DNA of 64,000 nucleotides from Alphaproteobacteria bacterium (GTDB lineage Bacteria; Pseudomonadota; Alphaproteobacteria; Rickettsiales; Midichloriaceae): NCBI GenBank assembly GCA_013288625.1, contig JABDBN010000001.1, positions 18,432 to 82,431 of the forward strand, read 5' to 3'. Shown piece by piece: positions 53,849 to 64,000 of this stretch (position 1 is its first letter; each line of letters starts with the position of its first letter). The notes under the pieces were generated by a model. It saw only the letters and a program-made list of their open reading frames with translations, ran no database searches and was not told where the DNA came from. The position numbers and the translations under genes were made by a program.

Positions 53849-54091
53849 CTACCTCTCCTTATCTTCAGGCAGACCATACTTTTTAAACTTCTCATTAACT
53901 AGCGGCCCCTTTTCTTTTTGCTTTCTTTTTAGTTCTTCAAATCTTTTATCTTTAGCTTCTTTTTCTGCTTGAGTTAATTGATCTTGCTTGCTTGCGGGTT
54001 CGGCTGGTTTGGTTTCTTTCTCCTCTTTTTGTACCGGAGCGGCTTCTTTACCCATAACAAACGCTTTGAGCGTATCAATTATACCTGCCAT
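53849..54091 (-). CDS. Small Lys/Glu-rich hypothetical protein (80 aa)
   Basis: An AGGAGA SD lies upstream. The protein is highly charged and probably helical. No family recognised. Confidence 0.4.
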   Translation of the reverse strand: MAGIIDTLKAFVMGKEAAPVQKEEKETKPAEPASKQDQLTQAEKEAKDKRFEELKRKQKEKGPLVNEKFKKYGLPEDKER

Positions 54092-54171
54092 GACATCTCT
54101 CCTTTATACACACACTTTTAATGTATCATATAGAAGTTAACATTTGCTTAATTTCTACTACTTATATTAAC

Positions 54172-54198
54172 AAAAGCTCCCGCTATAGGGGAGCTTTT
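54172..54198 (-). terminator. Intrinsic terminator hairpin downstream of sspB
   Basis: aaaagctccc-N7-gggagctttt: a 10-bp stem flanked by A- and T-runs, so it could act in both directions. Confidence 0.5.
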
Positions 54199-54237
54199 GC
54201 ATGCATAGATGAGCTAAACTCTAATAAAAAGCTCGGT

Positions 54238-54744
54238 CTATTTCTTTCTGAAGAGGTCGAGTGACACTACGTTATCAGATTTCTTATCTTTCTTACCACC
54301 ATTTTTGCCGTTCTTTGGGCCATTGCCGTTGTTATCCTCTTCAATCTCTATATCAATCTCATCTTGATATTCATACTCAGTCTCTCTGAATTGGAGGCCA
54401 AACTGGACACTCGGATCTGCAAAAGTTGTAATCGCTGAAAATGGGATATAAATCTTCTCCCTAATACCACCAAAACTTAAAGTAACTCCAAACCCTTTGG
54501 TGTCTACTTCCATATCCTGAAATTGATACTGCAATACAATTGTCATTTCTCTGGGATATTTTGCCAGGAGGTTCTTTGAAAGCTTAACACCTGGGTGCCT
54601 TGTGATGAAGGAAATAAAAAAGTGATGGTTCCCTGGCAATCCACGCTCCTGAATTACTTTCAGAACTTTATAGACTATGATATGCATTGCTTCATCAACC
54701 AGCTTTCCGTAATCAATCATATTCTTTACCATATTGCTCTCCAT
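54238..54744 (-). CDS. sspB: ClpXP adaptor SspB (alphaproteobacterial type)
   Basis: IDYGKLVDEAMHIIVYKVL...GLPGNHHFFISF...VTLSFGGI...IPFSAITTFADPS matches the SspB-alpha fold signature. The acidic linker and basic C-terminal tail (ClpX-binding) are present. Confidence 0.7.
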   Translation of the reverse strand: MESNMVKNMIDYGKLVDEAMHIIVYKVLKVIQERGLPGNHHFFISFITRHPGVKLSKNLLAKYPREMTIVLQYQFQDMEVDTKGFGVTLSFGGIREKIYIPFSAITTFADPSVQFGLQFRETEYEYQDEIDIEIEEDNNGNGPKNGKNGGKKDKKSDNVVSLDLFRKK

Positions 54745-54840
54745 CTATAATTTCAAAATCTGTGGCTTAAGTATTTCCTATCGCCTATTACTTATTACAC
54801 TAAACTCAAAGGGTTAATAAATAGTAAACAAAATAAAATT

Positions 54841-55209
54841 TTATCCCACAAGTTCAAATGCAGCAATGCCAGAAAAACCTTCAATTTTCGGGGCTTTGCT
54901 GACAATAATCCTAACAAAAACATCTGGGGCTTCTTTTTTTACAATTTCAAAGATATTATTGCCCATATGTTCTATAAGGTTATATTGTTTTGTACATATA
55001 ATATCTTGTACTTTTCTGATTATTCCATCAAAACAAATCGTATCAGTTAACTTATCTGAGTTAACTGCAGCTGGCAAATTCTCAAAATGCATCTCAATGT
55101 TCACTGTGACAGCTTGCTTAACATTACGCTCATCCTCAGTACACCCTAGGTGAACCTGCAAATGCAGCCCGTAAATTTTTAGGACCGCTTCTTTTTTTGG
55201 ATGATTCAT
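54841..55209 (-). CDS. folB: Dihydroneopterin aldolase
   Basis: 122 aa. KIYGLHLQVHLGCTEDERNVKQAVTVNIEM...DTICFDGI is typical of the FolB tunnelling fold. Confidence 0.7.
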   Translation of the reverse strand: MNHPKKEAVLKIYGLHLQVHLGCTEDERNVKQAVTVNIEMHFENLPAAVNSDKLTDTICFDGIIRKVQDIICTKQYNLIEHMGNNIFEIVKKEAPDVFVRIIVSKAPKIEGFSGIAAFELVG

Positions 55210-55235
55210 TTTGCGAGCTACTCTAATAGCTTTGA

Positions 55236-55361
55236 TTATCCTTGCCTAGCTTTAAAGCGAGGATTCTTTTTGTTGATTACGTATACACGTCCTTTGCGCT
55301 TCACCAGTTGGCAATTTTTATCGCGCTTCTTTGCTGATTTCAAAGATGATAAAATCTTCAT
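55236..55361 (-). CDS. rpmJ: 50S ribosomal protein L36 (zinc-less YkgO-like type)
   Basis: Reverse translation gives [41 protein letters not shown]. It is not in the ORF track (41 aa). Confidence 0.9.
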   Translation of the reverse strand: MKILSSLKSAKKRDKNCQLVKRKGRVYVINKKNPRFKARQG

Positions 55362-55462
55362 TGTTTACTCATAATTACTTCGTTGATTCTGCAGTATATA
55401 CTTTCACATCAATAATGTAAATAGGCTATGTGCAAAACTAACTGCATTGAGGCAAGCATCCG

Positions 55463-55939
55463 TTATTCCGCTTGAAAAAAGGTGTCGGCCAGCCTTTGTA
55501 GCTGTGACTGCAGAGCCTTATCGCTAATTTTACTCAGCTGGCTAGTTATCGCTTTCATTTCTTTTTTGCTAACCATATGCTTAGGTGCTGCACTAACGAG
55601 AGCTTCTTTTTCCACTTTAAATCTGGCTATACTTACTTTAATTCTACTCACTGCCTGGTAACCAAAAAACGCAGCTATTCTCTCAACTATCCGGCTTTCC
55701 TGCGCCTGTATTTCCAAGCTCAAGCCCGGGTTAGTAACGCCGATATAAAGCGTACCAGCTCTCGTTTGATGAGGAGGAAAAACGATTTTTTGGGGAATCG
55801 TAAATTTTGCGAGGGTCGCGCCTACAATCTGTGCCCAATAAGTGATAATTTTTTGATTCGCAAATCCATGCGTTTTAAAAGCTGGCTTAGTAAGATTCTC
55901 AATCACATTACCAATTTTTTGTACCCCTTTTCTGCTCAT
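55463..55939 (-). CDS. DUF721 (DciA-like) protein
   Basis: KIGNVIENLTKP...ITYWAQIVGATLAKFTIPQKIVF...GTLYIGVTNPGLSLEIQ follows the DUF721/DciA pattern. Confidence 0.6.
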   Translation of the reverse strand: MSRKGVQKIGNVIENLTKPAFKTHGFANQKIITYWAQIVGATLAKFTIPQKIVFPPHQTRAGTLYIGVTNPGLSLEIQAQESRIVERIAAFFGYQAVSRIKVSIARFKVEKEALVSAAPKHMVSKKEMKAITSQLSKISDKALQSQLQRLADTFFQAE

Positions 55940-57444
55940 GCCTTTAATTTTGTTATCCTATATTGTAGAGCCTCAGCAATATGCGCGCTGTTGACTTTTT
56001 CAGTTTTAGCTAAATCAGCAATAGTTCTTGCAACTCTCAGTATACGATTATATCCACGCATTGATAAGGAAAATTTCTCCATTGCCTTTTTCAACAACTC
56101 TTTTGACTCTTTGTCCAGCACAACTGCTTTGCCTAGATCTTCACCATCAGCATATGCGTTTTGTGTAATACCGGAGCCCTTGTATCTTTCTATCTGAATT
56201 TGCCTGGCTTCAGCAACTCTTTTTGCAACTACAGCCGTGGCTTCAATCTCACTGCTATCTTCGAGCTCAAAAACACTTAACTGGGGCACATCAACTCGGA
56301 TATCAAATCGATCCAGTAAGGGGCCGGAAATTCTTGACTGATAGTCTTCGGCACACTTTGGCATTTTTGAGCACGAGTTAATACCATCCCCAAAATACCC
56401 ACACTTACAGGGATTCATTGCCGCAACCAATTGGAATCGAGCAGGATAAGTTACATGAGAATTCACTCGAGCAATTGTTATAGTTCCGGTTTCGATTGGT
56501 TGGCGCAAGGCTTCAAGCACATTACGGCTAAATTCAGGCAACTCATCTAAAAACAACACTCCTAAGTGCGCCATAGTAATCTCACCTGGCTTGGCATTCT
56601 TACCTCCTCCCACCATTGCTGGCATTGATGAAGAACAATGGGGATCACGGAATGGGCGCACACGCACTATATTCTGCCCAATAAGCTGGCCAGCGACGCT
56701 CGCGATGATACTGACATCTAGCATCTCAGCGCTGGTGAGTTCGGGCATCAGACCAGGCAATCGCTTAGCAAGCATGGATTTCCCTGAGCCTGGGGGGCCG
56801 ATCATCAGCATATTGTGCCCGCCTGCTGCGGTTATTTCCAGCGCTCTCTTGGCAATTTGCTGCCCCTTTATATCCTTAAGATCTGGGTACTGAATATTGG
56901 AATTAGCAGCTTTAAGTTCAGGAAGCGGAAGTGTCTGCTCCCCTTTAAAATGATTGACAATTTCAAGCAGGTTTCCTGGCGCTAATATACTGTTGCTTCC
57001 TGACCAACGCGCCTCTGATCCATTAGGCTGTGGACAAACCAATCCTTTTGAACGCGCATTTGCTCCGATAGCAGCCGGCAACACCCCACTGACCTCATTG
57101 AGCCTACCATCAAGCGATAACTCACCAACGATTATATACTTGCTGACCTCATCTTGAACAAGAACATGCAATTCAATAAGTAAGCCAAGGGCAATTGCCA
57201 GGTCATAATGGCTTCCTTCTTTGTGAACATCGGCTGGAGCAAGGTTAACTGTAACTTTGCGCTGCGGAAGCGCTAGGCCAACGCTTTGAAATGCTGCACG
57301 AATTCGTTCCTTAGACTCCCCTACCGCTTTGTCTGGCAAACCAACAATATGAATTCCTGGCAGTCCCTGGCCGATATGCACCTGTACTTCGATTTCTTTG
57401 ACTTCGATTCCCGAAAAAGCAACTGTGTATACTTTTGCAACCAT
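55936..57444 (-). CDS. comM: YifB/ComM family Mg-chelatase-like AAA+ ATPase
   Basis: N-terminal Lon-protease-like domain, Walker A GPPGSGKSMLA, VLFLDELPEF and the C-terminal ChlI-like domain. Confidence 0.9.
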   Translation of the reverse strand: MVAKVYTVAFSGIEVKEIEVQVHIGQGLPGIHIVGLPDKAVGESKERIRAAFQSVGLALPQRKVTVNLAPADVHKEGSHYDLAIALGLLIELHVLVQDEVSKYIIVGELSLDGRLNEVSGVLPAAIGANARSKGLVCPQPNGSEARWSGSNSILAPGNLLEIVNHFKGEQTLPLPELKAANSNIQYPDLKDIKGQQIAKRALEITAAGGHNMLMIGPPGSGKSMLAKRLPGLMPELTSAEMLDVSIIASVAGQLIGQNIVRVRPFRDPHCSSSMPAMVGGGKNAKPGEITMAHLGVLFLDELPEFSRNVLEALRQPIETGTITIARVNSHVTYPARFQLVAAMNPCKCGYFGDGINSCSKMPKCAEDYQSRISGPLLDRFDIRVDVPQLSVFELEDSSEIEATAVVAKRVAEARQIQIERYKGSGITQNAYADGEDLGKAVVLDKESKELLKKAMEKFSLSMRGYNRILRVARTIADLAKTEKVNSAHIAEALQYRITKLKA

Positions 57445-57557
57445 ACTTGTCCTTCAACAGATTCATATGCTTTTAGATTGAAAATATCATTGTGGCAATA
57501 GCATCATTATTAAAAGTATGTTAATATTGTTCATTACATAATTTAATAAATTCAATT

Positions 57558-58391
57558 TTGCCTTTGATAAACTTAGAGAATTGGTTTTCTTACACAGAGC
57601 TGTTATTAATGCTTAGCTTTGCTATTGTGTTATTTTTTGCTGGCTCGATTTTTTATATCACCTATGTTTTTTTTATGACAAAGCGGATGACTGAAATAGA
57701 AAGAGGCAGCCAAGCAAAATCATTATTTATTCAAAAACTTGGATATGAATTACGCAGTCCTCTTAACGGAATTTTGGGTTTCACAGAGATGCTCGAGGGA
57801 GGATTCTTCGGGGAACTTAATCTCCGGCAACGTGAAAGGCTTAAAGATATTAATAGATGCGGCATGGAAATCAGCAGAGTTATCGAAGACGTCCTGGATT
57901 TATCATACACTGGAACCGCCGGCGTTGAGCTTGTAAAATCAAGATTCTCTGTAGAAGAGTTACTTGCCAGGTCTCTCGAACCTCTTGATAGCAAGTTAAA
58001 ACTGAGTGAAGTTGTTCTGGCAAAGCACATCAACTGGCCAGAGGCAGTTTTACTCGGAGACAAGCATAAGCTGGTTTTTGCCCTACGCCACATAATTGAT
58101 AATGCTATTAAATTTTCCAAAAGGGGTGGGCAAATTACTATCACCGATGAGATCACAGGGGGAGGGATACTCTATATTACTGTAGCTGATACAGGCAATG
58201 GCATGAGTGAAGATGAAATTAAATCTGCATTTCTCTATCCTGACGATGAAAGCAAAAACAAGAATCCCAATGGGATTGGCATGGGATTGCCGCTTTCTCA
58301 GCTTTTTTTACAGTTGCACGGGGGTAATATCAGAATTGAAAGCGCAATAGAAATCGGTACAACAGTAATAATGGCATTACCATTAATATAA
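57558..58391 (+). CDS. Membrane-anchored histidine-kinase homolog with Tyr replacing the phospho-acceptor His
   Basis: The H-box reads KLGYELRSPLNGILGFTEML (TAT at 57744-57746; consensus SHELRTPL). The N-box IIDNAIKFS, G1 ADTGNGM and G2 GIGMGLP are intact. TTG start is assumed. Confidence 0.8.
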   Translation: MPLINLENWFSYTELLLMLSFAIVLFFAGSIFYITYVFFMTKRMTEIERGSQAKSLFIQKLGYELRSPLNGILGFTEMLEGGFFGELNLRQRERLKDINRCGMEISRVIEDVLDLSYTGTAGVELVKSRFSVEELLARSLEPLDSKLKLSEVVLAKHINWPEAVLLGDKHKLVFALRHIIDNAIKFSKRGGQITITDEITGGGILYITVADTGNGMSEDEIKSAFLYPDDESKNKNPNGIGMGLPLSQLFLQLHGGNIRIESAIEIGTTVIMALPLI

Positions 58392-58526
58392 AACTATAAA
58401 TTTGACTGCAACTTTAATTTCTATTTTTTCAAGTATAACTATGTGATACACTGTGCAGTGAAACCATCTTGACTCTGACTAATGAAGTCTTGATTCACTT
58501 GGGTAAATATATGTTTACGAGGGATA

Positions 58527-59672
58527 ATGACCCCACATGATTTTAGCTTAATTGACTTCTTAGCCCAGCACTTTAACCATAAAAACAACTTCTCACTTAT
58601 TGGTGAGGTTGTATTCATTCTTCTTTGTACTTTACTCATTAGCTATTTGATTACTATCGCTTTATCAAGACTACAAAAAAGTTTTCGCAAAACCGTAACG
58701 AGTAAAGCTAATGCACTTGTCGGCGCTATGCGTAAACCCATTCAACTCATCATTTGGACGATTGGTATATCTACCTGCTTGGATGTCGCAAACATTGCTT
58801 TACATATTGAAAACTATACGTTTACCACCGCATTAAGGGCCATCATTATAATTATGGCAATAACCTGGTTTGCCATGGGAGTTATTTCTGAATTGGAAAA
58901 GTTCTGGTCGAAAAATGCGAACAAAGACACTTCTAAAATCGACAGGACTACCGCTGATGCCCTTGTTAAAATCCTCAGGATTTCCACAATTATAATTGCC
59001 CTCCTCACAATAGCTGAGAGTTTAGGCTTTAGTGTCGCTGGCATAATTGCATTTGCAGGCGGTAGCAGCTTGGTTATTGGCTTTGCATCAAAAGACTTAC
59101 TTGCTAATTTCTTTGGCGCTCTCATGATCTATCTTGACACTCCATTTAAGGTCGGAGAGTGGATTCGCGTTCCAGAAAAGAATATTGAAGGCCATGTAGC
59201 TAAGGTCGGATTAAGGTGTACTATAATCAATACTTTGGAAAAACGCCCGCTTTATGTACCAAACTCAGTATTCACCAGTGCATCAATTGAGAACGCTTCT
59301 CGCATGACGCACCGCAAAATTTATGAAACAATTGGTTTGCGCCATGAGGATATTCATCTCCTCGCAAGCATCACAGACGAGATTCATACTTACTTAAAAT
59401 CAAATAAAGACGTAGATACCAGGCTGCCTTTAGTAGTAAATATTAATTCTTTTTCTTCTAGCTCAGTTGATATTCTATTGTGCGTGTATACGAAATCCAC
59501 AGATATGGAAGCTTTCCATCGAATCAAACATAGAATAATGTTAAAAGTTGCTGAGGTTATAGAAAAACACGAAGCTAAGCTTGCACACTCCTCTTCAACC
59601 ATTAATTTCTCTGAGAGATATTTGGATGACGATATTCCTAAGGCTAAATCTCGCAAAGCAGCAAAAACTTGA
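58527..59672 (+). CDS. MscS-family mechanosensitive channel
   Basis: Several TM segments, then the pore-lining and beta-domain signature GGSSLVIGFASKDLLANFFGALMIYLDTPFKVGEWIRV. Confidence 0.85.
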   Translation: MTPHDFSLIDFLAQHFNHKNNFSLIGEVVFILLCTLLISYLITIALSRLQKSFRKTVTSKANALVGAMRKPIQLIIWTIGISTCLDVANIALHIENYTFTTALRAIIIIMAITWFAMGVISELEKFWSKNANKDTSKIDRTTADALVKILRISTIIIALLTIAESLGFSVAGIIAFAGGSSLVIGFASKDLLANFFGALMIYLDTPFKVGEWIRVPEKNIEGHVAKVGLRCTIINTLEKRPLYVPNSVFTSASIENASRMTHRKIYETIGLRHEDIHLLASITDEIHTYLKSNKDVDTRLPLVVNINSFSSSSVDILLCVYTKSTDMEAFHRIKHRIMLKVAEVIEKHEAKLAHSSSTINFSERYLDDDIPKAKSRKAAKT

Positions 59673-59844
59673 CTCCGATAATTATAATTCCTATGTTTTA
59701 AGGCTTGATTAAGCCTCAAATGAAGCTTGATTTTGCCCCGGATAATCAGTATTTATATAAGTAAATACACCCTTAAATAAATATTTATTTGGTTAAGCTA
59801 AAAAACCTTATACAATAAAGATAATATATTGATGAGAAATCAGA

Positions 59845-60762
59845 ATGATGAACATTACTCCCGACCAAATTGTTGACAGGATCAAGCTTAAGCGCCAGCT
59901 AATCAACTGGAGACTTATTGCGATCATCACCATTTGTATGCTTATAGTCTCGCTTTTTGCTACAAATGATTTTGAAGCACATAAACCCATTATCGAAAAC
60001 GATTATATTGCACGAATCTTTGTAGATGGCATGATAGTACATGATCCTGATAGACTGGATATCCTTAAAGATATCTCTAAAAATCCTGCGATCAAAGCCC
60101 TCGTTATCCATATTGATAGCTCTGGTGGGACAGTAGTAGGGGGAGAATCGTTATATAATGGCATTCGCAAAATCTCTTCTTCAAAGCCTGTAGTAGCTGT
60201 CATGGGCGATACAGCCGCCTCTGCAGCTTATATGGCTGCTATAGCTTGTGATTACCTGGTCGCCCACCAAGGGACGCTAACCGGCTCTATAGGGGTGCTT
60301 TCTCAGAGTTTTGAGGTCACAGAACTTGCTCATAAAGTCGGAGTTAAGTTTAATTCTTTTAAGTCCTCACCGCTAAAGGGTGGCCCAATGCCTACAGAAG
60401 AAGTTACTCCTGAAATGAGAGCAGCCATGAATGCTACCATTGTAGATATCTATAATATGTTCTTTGATATGGTTGCTGAGAGAAGAAGTTCAATAGCAAG
60501 AGAGAATTTAGTTCATATTGCAGATGGTCGGGTGTATACTGGCAGGCAAGCTGTTGAAAATGGACTTGTAGATGCAATAGGCGATGAAGATACAGCTCTG
60601 GCGTGGCTAAAAGACGTAAAAAAGATCGATAGCAGCCTCAAAGTCCGTGATATCCAGCTTGTGCCACAACAATCGAAATGGCGAAAGTTTTTCGATACTT
60701 CCGCTCGAGTGCTTGCTTTTATTGATAATTCAATAAAAGGCGGTATTTTTTCTTTTTTATAG
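59845..60762 (+). CDS. sppA: Signal peptide peptidase SppA, 36K type (S49)
   Basis: N-terminal TM segment, IDSSGGTV and GDTAASAAYMAA (nucleophile Ser region). Confidence 0.85.
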   Translation: MMNITPDQIVDRIKLKRQLINWRLIAIITICMLIVSLFATNDFEAHKPIIENDYIARIFVDGMIVHDPDRLDILKDISKNPAIKALVIHIDSSGGTVVGGESLYNGIRKISSSKPVVAVMGDTAASAAYMAAIACDYLVAHQGTLTGSIGVLSQSFEVTELAHKVGVKFNSFKSSPLKGGPMPTEEVTPEMRAAMNATIVDIYNMFFDMVAERRSSIARENLVHIADGRVYTGRQAVENGLVDAIGDEDTALAWLKDVKKIDSSLKVRDIQLVPQQSKWRKFFDTSARVLAFIDNSIKGGIFSFL

Positions 60763-60817
60763 ACAAGCCTATGATTTTGATGTAAAATACATCACATAAA
60801 TCATTGATGGAATTCTT

Positions 60818-61147
60818 ATGGATAAAGATAACAAGGCTATTAATAGGCAAAAAATACTGGATAGACTGATCGAGTTGAATCCAGACGTAGATGCAAAGAA
60901 AATTGACAAGGCTCTGGATACCTTATTTGATGAGATCGCTCTAGCACTCATTTGCGGTGACCGAGTTGAAATTCGTGGCTTTGGCTCTCTAGTAGTGAGA
61001 AAGCGCGAAAGCGGTGAAGCGCGCAATCCAAAAAGCGGCGCGCGTGTTCAGGTTGCTGACCGTGGGTCTCTATATTTTCGCGCAAGCCGTGAGCTTATAA
61101 AAGTTCTCAACGATGCTCTTTCTAACGATAACGAAGTTAAAGCATAA
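60818..61147 (+). CDS. ihfB: Integration host factor subunit beta
   Basis: GDRVEIRGFGSLVVRKRESGEARNPKSGARVQV is the DNA-binding beta-arm of the IHF/HU family. The beta-type spacing also fits. Confidence 0.85.
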   Translation: MDKDNKAINRQKILDRLIELNPDVDAKKIDKALDTLFDEIALALICGDRVEIRGFGSLVVRKRESGEARNPKSGARVQVADRGSLYFRASRELIKVLNDALSNDNEVKA

Positions 61148-61156
61148 TTACTGCGT

Positions 61157-62212
61157 TTAAGACTTATCAAAATTGATCCTAGGGTCAATTAGAACGTAAG
61201 TTAGATCAGTGATAAGATTAACCAGTAGTCCGATTAAAGTATAGATGTAAAGGCTGCCGAAAACTACCGGATAATCTCTGCCTATTGCAGCCTCATACCC
61301 CAGTAATCCCAAGCCATCAAGGGAGAAGATGATCTCAATCAATAGAGCGCTGGTAAACAATATCTTGATAAAAGCGTCGGGAATACCAGAAATCACTAAC
61401 AACATGGCATTACGAAAAACATGCCCATAGAGCACTTTCTTTTCTGTTAATCCCTTAGCACGTGCAGTCAGTACATATTGCTTATTTATCTCTTCCAAAA
61501 AGGAGTTTTTGGTAAGCATAGCAATAGTGGCAAAGCCGGATATCGTCATTGTTACCGTAGGCAAAATCATATGCCAGCAATAGTCTTTAATCTTACCAAA
61601 CAGCGACATATCCTCCCAGTTATATGAGACAATCCCACGAATTGGAAAATACGCCATATGGCCATTGCCTGAAAAAATTATGATTAGACAGATAGCAAGA
61701 ATAAAACTGGGGATAGCATATGCAATGACGATAACAAAGCTGGACCAAATATCAAAAATTTGCCCATCACGAAGGGCTTTTTTAATGCCGAGCGGAATAG
61801 CTATAAGATAAATAAAAAGCGTAGACCATAAACCTAAAGAAATAGATATTGGCAGCTTCCTCATTATAAGATCTGTAACCTTAGCATTCTTGAAATAGCT
61901 CTCACCTAAATCAAACGTTGCATAACTTTTTACCATAAGCCAAAAACGTTCATATACTGGTTTATCAAAGCCATAGAGCTTTTTAATGCTCGCAACCATT
62001 TCAGGATCAAGTCCCTGACTTGCCATATAATTGCCGGATATATTAGCGCTCGCCTGCCCTACTTCTCCACCCCCATGCGGATTCTTTAGACGTGCAATTA
62101 AATTCTCCACCGGCCCACCAGGGGCTACTTGAACAATAGCAAAATTAATAACGATGATTGCAAATAAGGTGGGAATAATAAGCAGAAGTCGTTTTATAAT
62201 ATACGTAAGCAT
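61157..62212 (-). CDS. yejB: ABC transporter permease, YejB (microcin C/oligopeptide) type
   Basis: MLTYIIKRLLLIIPTLFAIIVINFAIVQ.APGGPVE N-terminus and the EAA-loop region TARAKGL. No partner ABC genes are adjacent. Confidence 0.85.
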   Translation of the reverse strand: MLTYIIKRLLLIIPTLFAIIVINFAIVQVAPGGPVENLIARLKNPHGGGEVGQASANISGNYMASQGLDPEMVASIKKLYGFDKPVYERFWLMVKSYATFDLGESYFKNAKVTDLIMRKLPISISLGLWSTLFIYLIAIPLGIKKALRDGQIFDIWSSFVIVIAYAIPSFILAICLIIIFSGNGHMAYFPIRGIVSYNWEDMSLFGKIKDYCWHMILPTVTMTISGFATIAMLTKNSFLEEINKQYVLTARAKGLTEKKVLYGHVFRNAMLLVISGIPDAFIKILFTSALLIEIIFSLDGLGLLGYEAAIGRDYPVVFGSLYIYTLIGLLVNLITDLTYVLIDPRINFDKS

Positions 62213-62505
62213 TAGACGGTATACTTAAAATTATCGCTATAAGCCTGGATTTTCAGGTTTTGTTCCTTAGGCTCAACTACCTCATATTTAAGCTTATGCC
62301 TCACTGCATAATTTATCGCCTCTTCTTTGGTGGCGAAATAGAGCCTAAACTCGGCTGAATACATATTGTTCGAGCCAATCCAACCCATTACAGGTTCTAT
62401 AAACGGGGCATCTTCCACCACCATTTCCAGGCGCCAGGGCTTGTTCCTGGCCTTGCCAGATTGCATTGTACTTTTTGTAGGTCGATAAATTCTTGCTTGT
62501 TCCAT
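62212..62505 (-). CDS. ETC complex I subunit conserved-region protein (NDUFS4 homolog)
   Basis: ARIYRPTKSTMQSGKARNKPWRLEM...EPVMGWIGSNNM...FATKEEAINYA matches the NDUFS4/AQDQ family. The start is chosen at MEQAR (62505) because the longer ORF would overlap xseB. Its stop overlaps the yejB start (TAATG). Confidence 0.75.
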   Translation of the reverse strand: MEQARIYRPTKSTMQSGKARNKPWRLEMVVEDAPFIEPVMGWIGSNNMYSAEFRLYFATKEEAINYAVRHKLKYEVVEPKEQNLKIQAYSDNFKYTV

Positions 62506-62563
62506 ACATTTTATAGTATTTTGATCTCTACTATAATACAAGTTGGAAGGCGTTTGTAAATAT

Positions 62564-62818
62564 ATGGTAACTAGTGAAGATAAAAATTCTGTAAAAAGTT
62601 TATCCTTTGAAGAAGCGTTAGCGGAATTAGAGGACATTGTGCGCAAGCTGGAAAGCGGGAATATACCTCTAGAATCAGCGATTGATCTCTATAGCCGAGG
62701 TAACTTTCTCCGCTCTTATTGCGAGAAACGGCTGGCTGAAGCAAAATTACGTGTAGAACAGGTAGTGGTTTCTCAGGATGGGAATATTGAACTTAAACCA
62801 GCAGAAATTAGTAGTTGA
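62564..62818 (+). CDS. xseB: Exodeoxyribonuclease VII small subunit
   Basis: LSFEEALAELEDIVRKLESGNIPLESAIDLYSRGNFL is canonical XseB. Confidence 0.88.
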   Translation: MVTSEDKNSVKSLSFEEALAELEDIVRKLESGNIPLESAIDLYSRGNFLRSYCEKRLAEAKLRVEQVVVSQDGNIELKPAEISS

Positions 62819-62902
62819 GCTAGGTTATTCGTCATTTTAGTTGCATTGCAGCATCAATATCTGATATTATTAAAATTAAAGATTGTAGGTTAGGGAGATT
62901 AA

Positions 62903-63865
<963 letters not shown>

Positions 63866-64000
63866 TTTTCATACTCAAAATATTAAATAAATTATTATTT
63901 CATTGGTTAAATTGCTCTTGCCTTAAAGAACTTTTTACACTAGATTTCCTTCTATAATTTATTATGAAGGGTCAAAATGCATAACAAAACAATAAAAAGC

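Noticed and set aside
55577-56197. 206-aa plus-strand ORF
   Set aside because: It is antisense to the DUF721 and comM genes, has no RBS, and its translation is not protein-like.

Overview
This is a 64-kb chromosomal segment of a moderately AT-rich alphaproteobacterium. The lineage call rests on alpha-specific genes: an NDUFS4-like complex I protein, a HemX-position/Mic60-like protein paired with HemY-like, SspB-alpha, BMFP/UbiK, DUF2628, an ELM1-like protein, IHF-beta and LDH-type Mdh. The gene content and layout suggest a host-associated, probably intracellular (Rickettsiales/Holosporales-like) lifestyle. The taxon is an inference only. I support about 70 protein genes, 3 tRNAs (Tyr-GTA, Gly-TCC, Trp-CCA, flanking tuf), two ribosomal protein genes missed by the ORF track (rpmH, rpmJ), two clear gene relics (acs, higA) and at least three families of short GC-rich palindromic/MITE-like intergenic repeats. 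I found no rRNA, CRISPR array, transposase, integrase or phage genes. Housekeeping content covers DNA repair (mutM-mutL, umuDC, udg, xseB, ruvA, dprA, rnhB, dnaX), envelope and lipid A (lpxC, lpxK, waaA, DUF374, lgt, dacB, mraY, murD, manC, GT2, ArnT-like plus PAP2 plus DUF218-like) and transporters (DAACS, DASS, two LysE, MscS, yejB). Classical operons are scrambled: manC-mraY-murD-ruvA, dnaX-ybaB-DUF374-waaA-lpxK, and tuf-tRNA-Trp without secE-nusG. The most interesting signals fall into three groups. (1) Candidate host-targeting proteins: a 1281-aa protein with a caspase-like His/Cys domain and about 26 ankyrin repeats (RARP-2-like), a 462-aa orphan with YopJ-like H-x19-D-x32-Q-x5-C spacing, a 696-aa orphan with NLS-like basic clusters, and a small ORF ending in a CaaX box (CVLL). 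(2) Degenerate active sites in otherwise intact genes: UmuD has Ser60->Ala and Lys97->Arg, and a histidine kinase has Tyr in place of the phospho-acceptor His (DivL-like). (3) A +1 frameshift at AAA-TAG inside a strongly promoted rpmH. All functional calls come from motif reading by eye; no database search was run.
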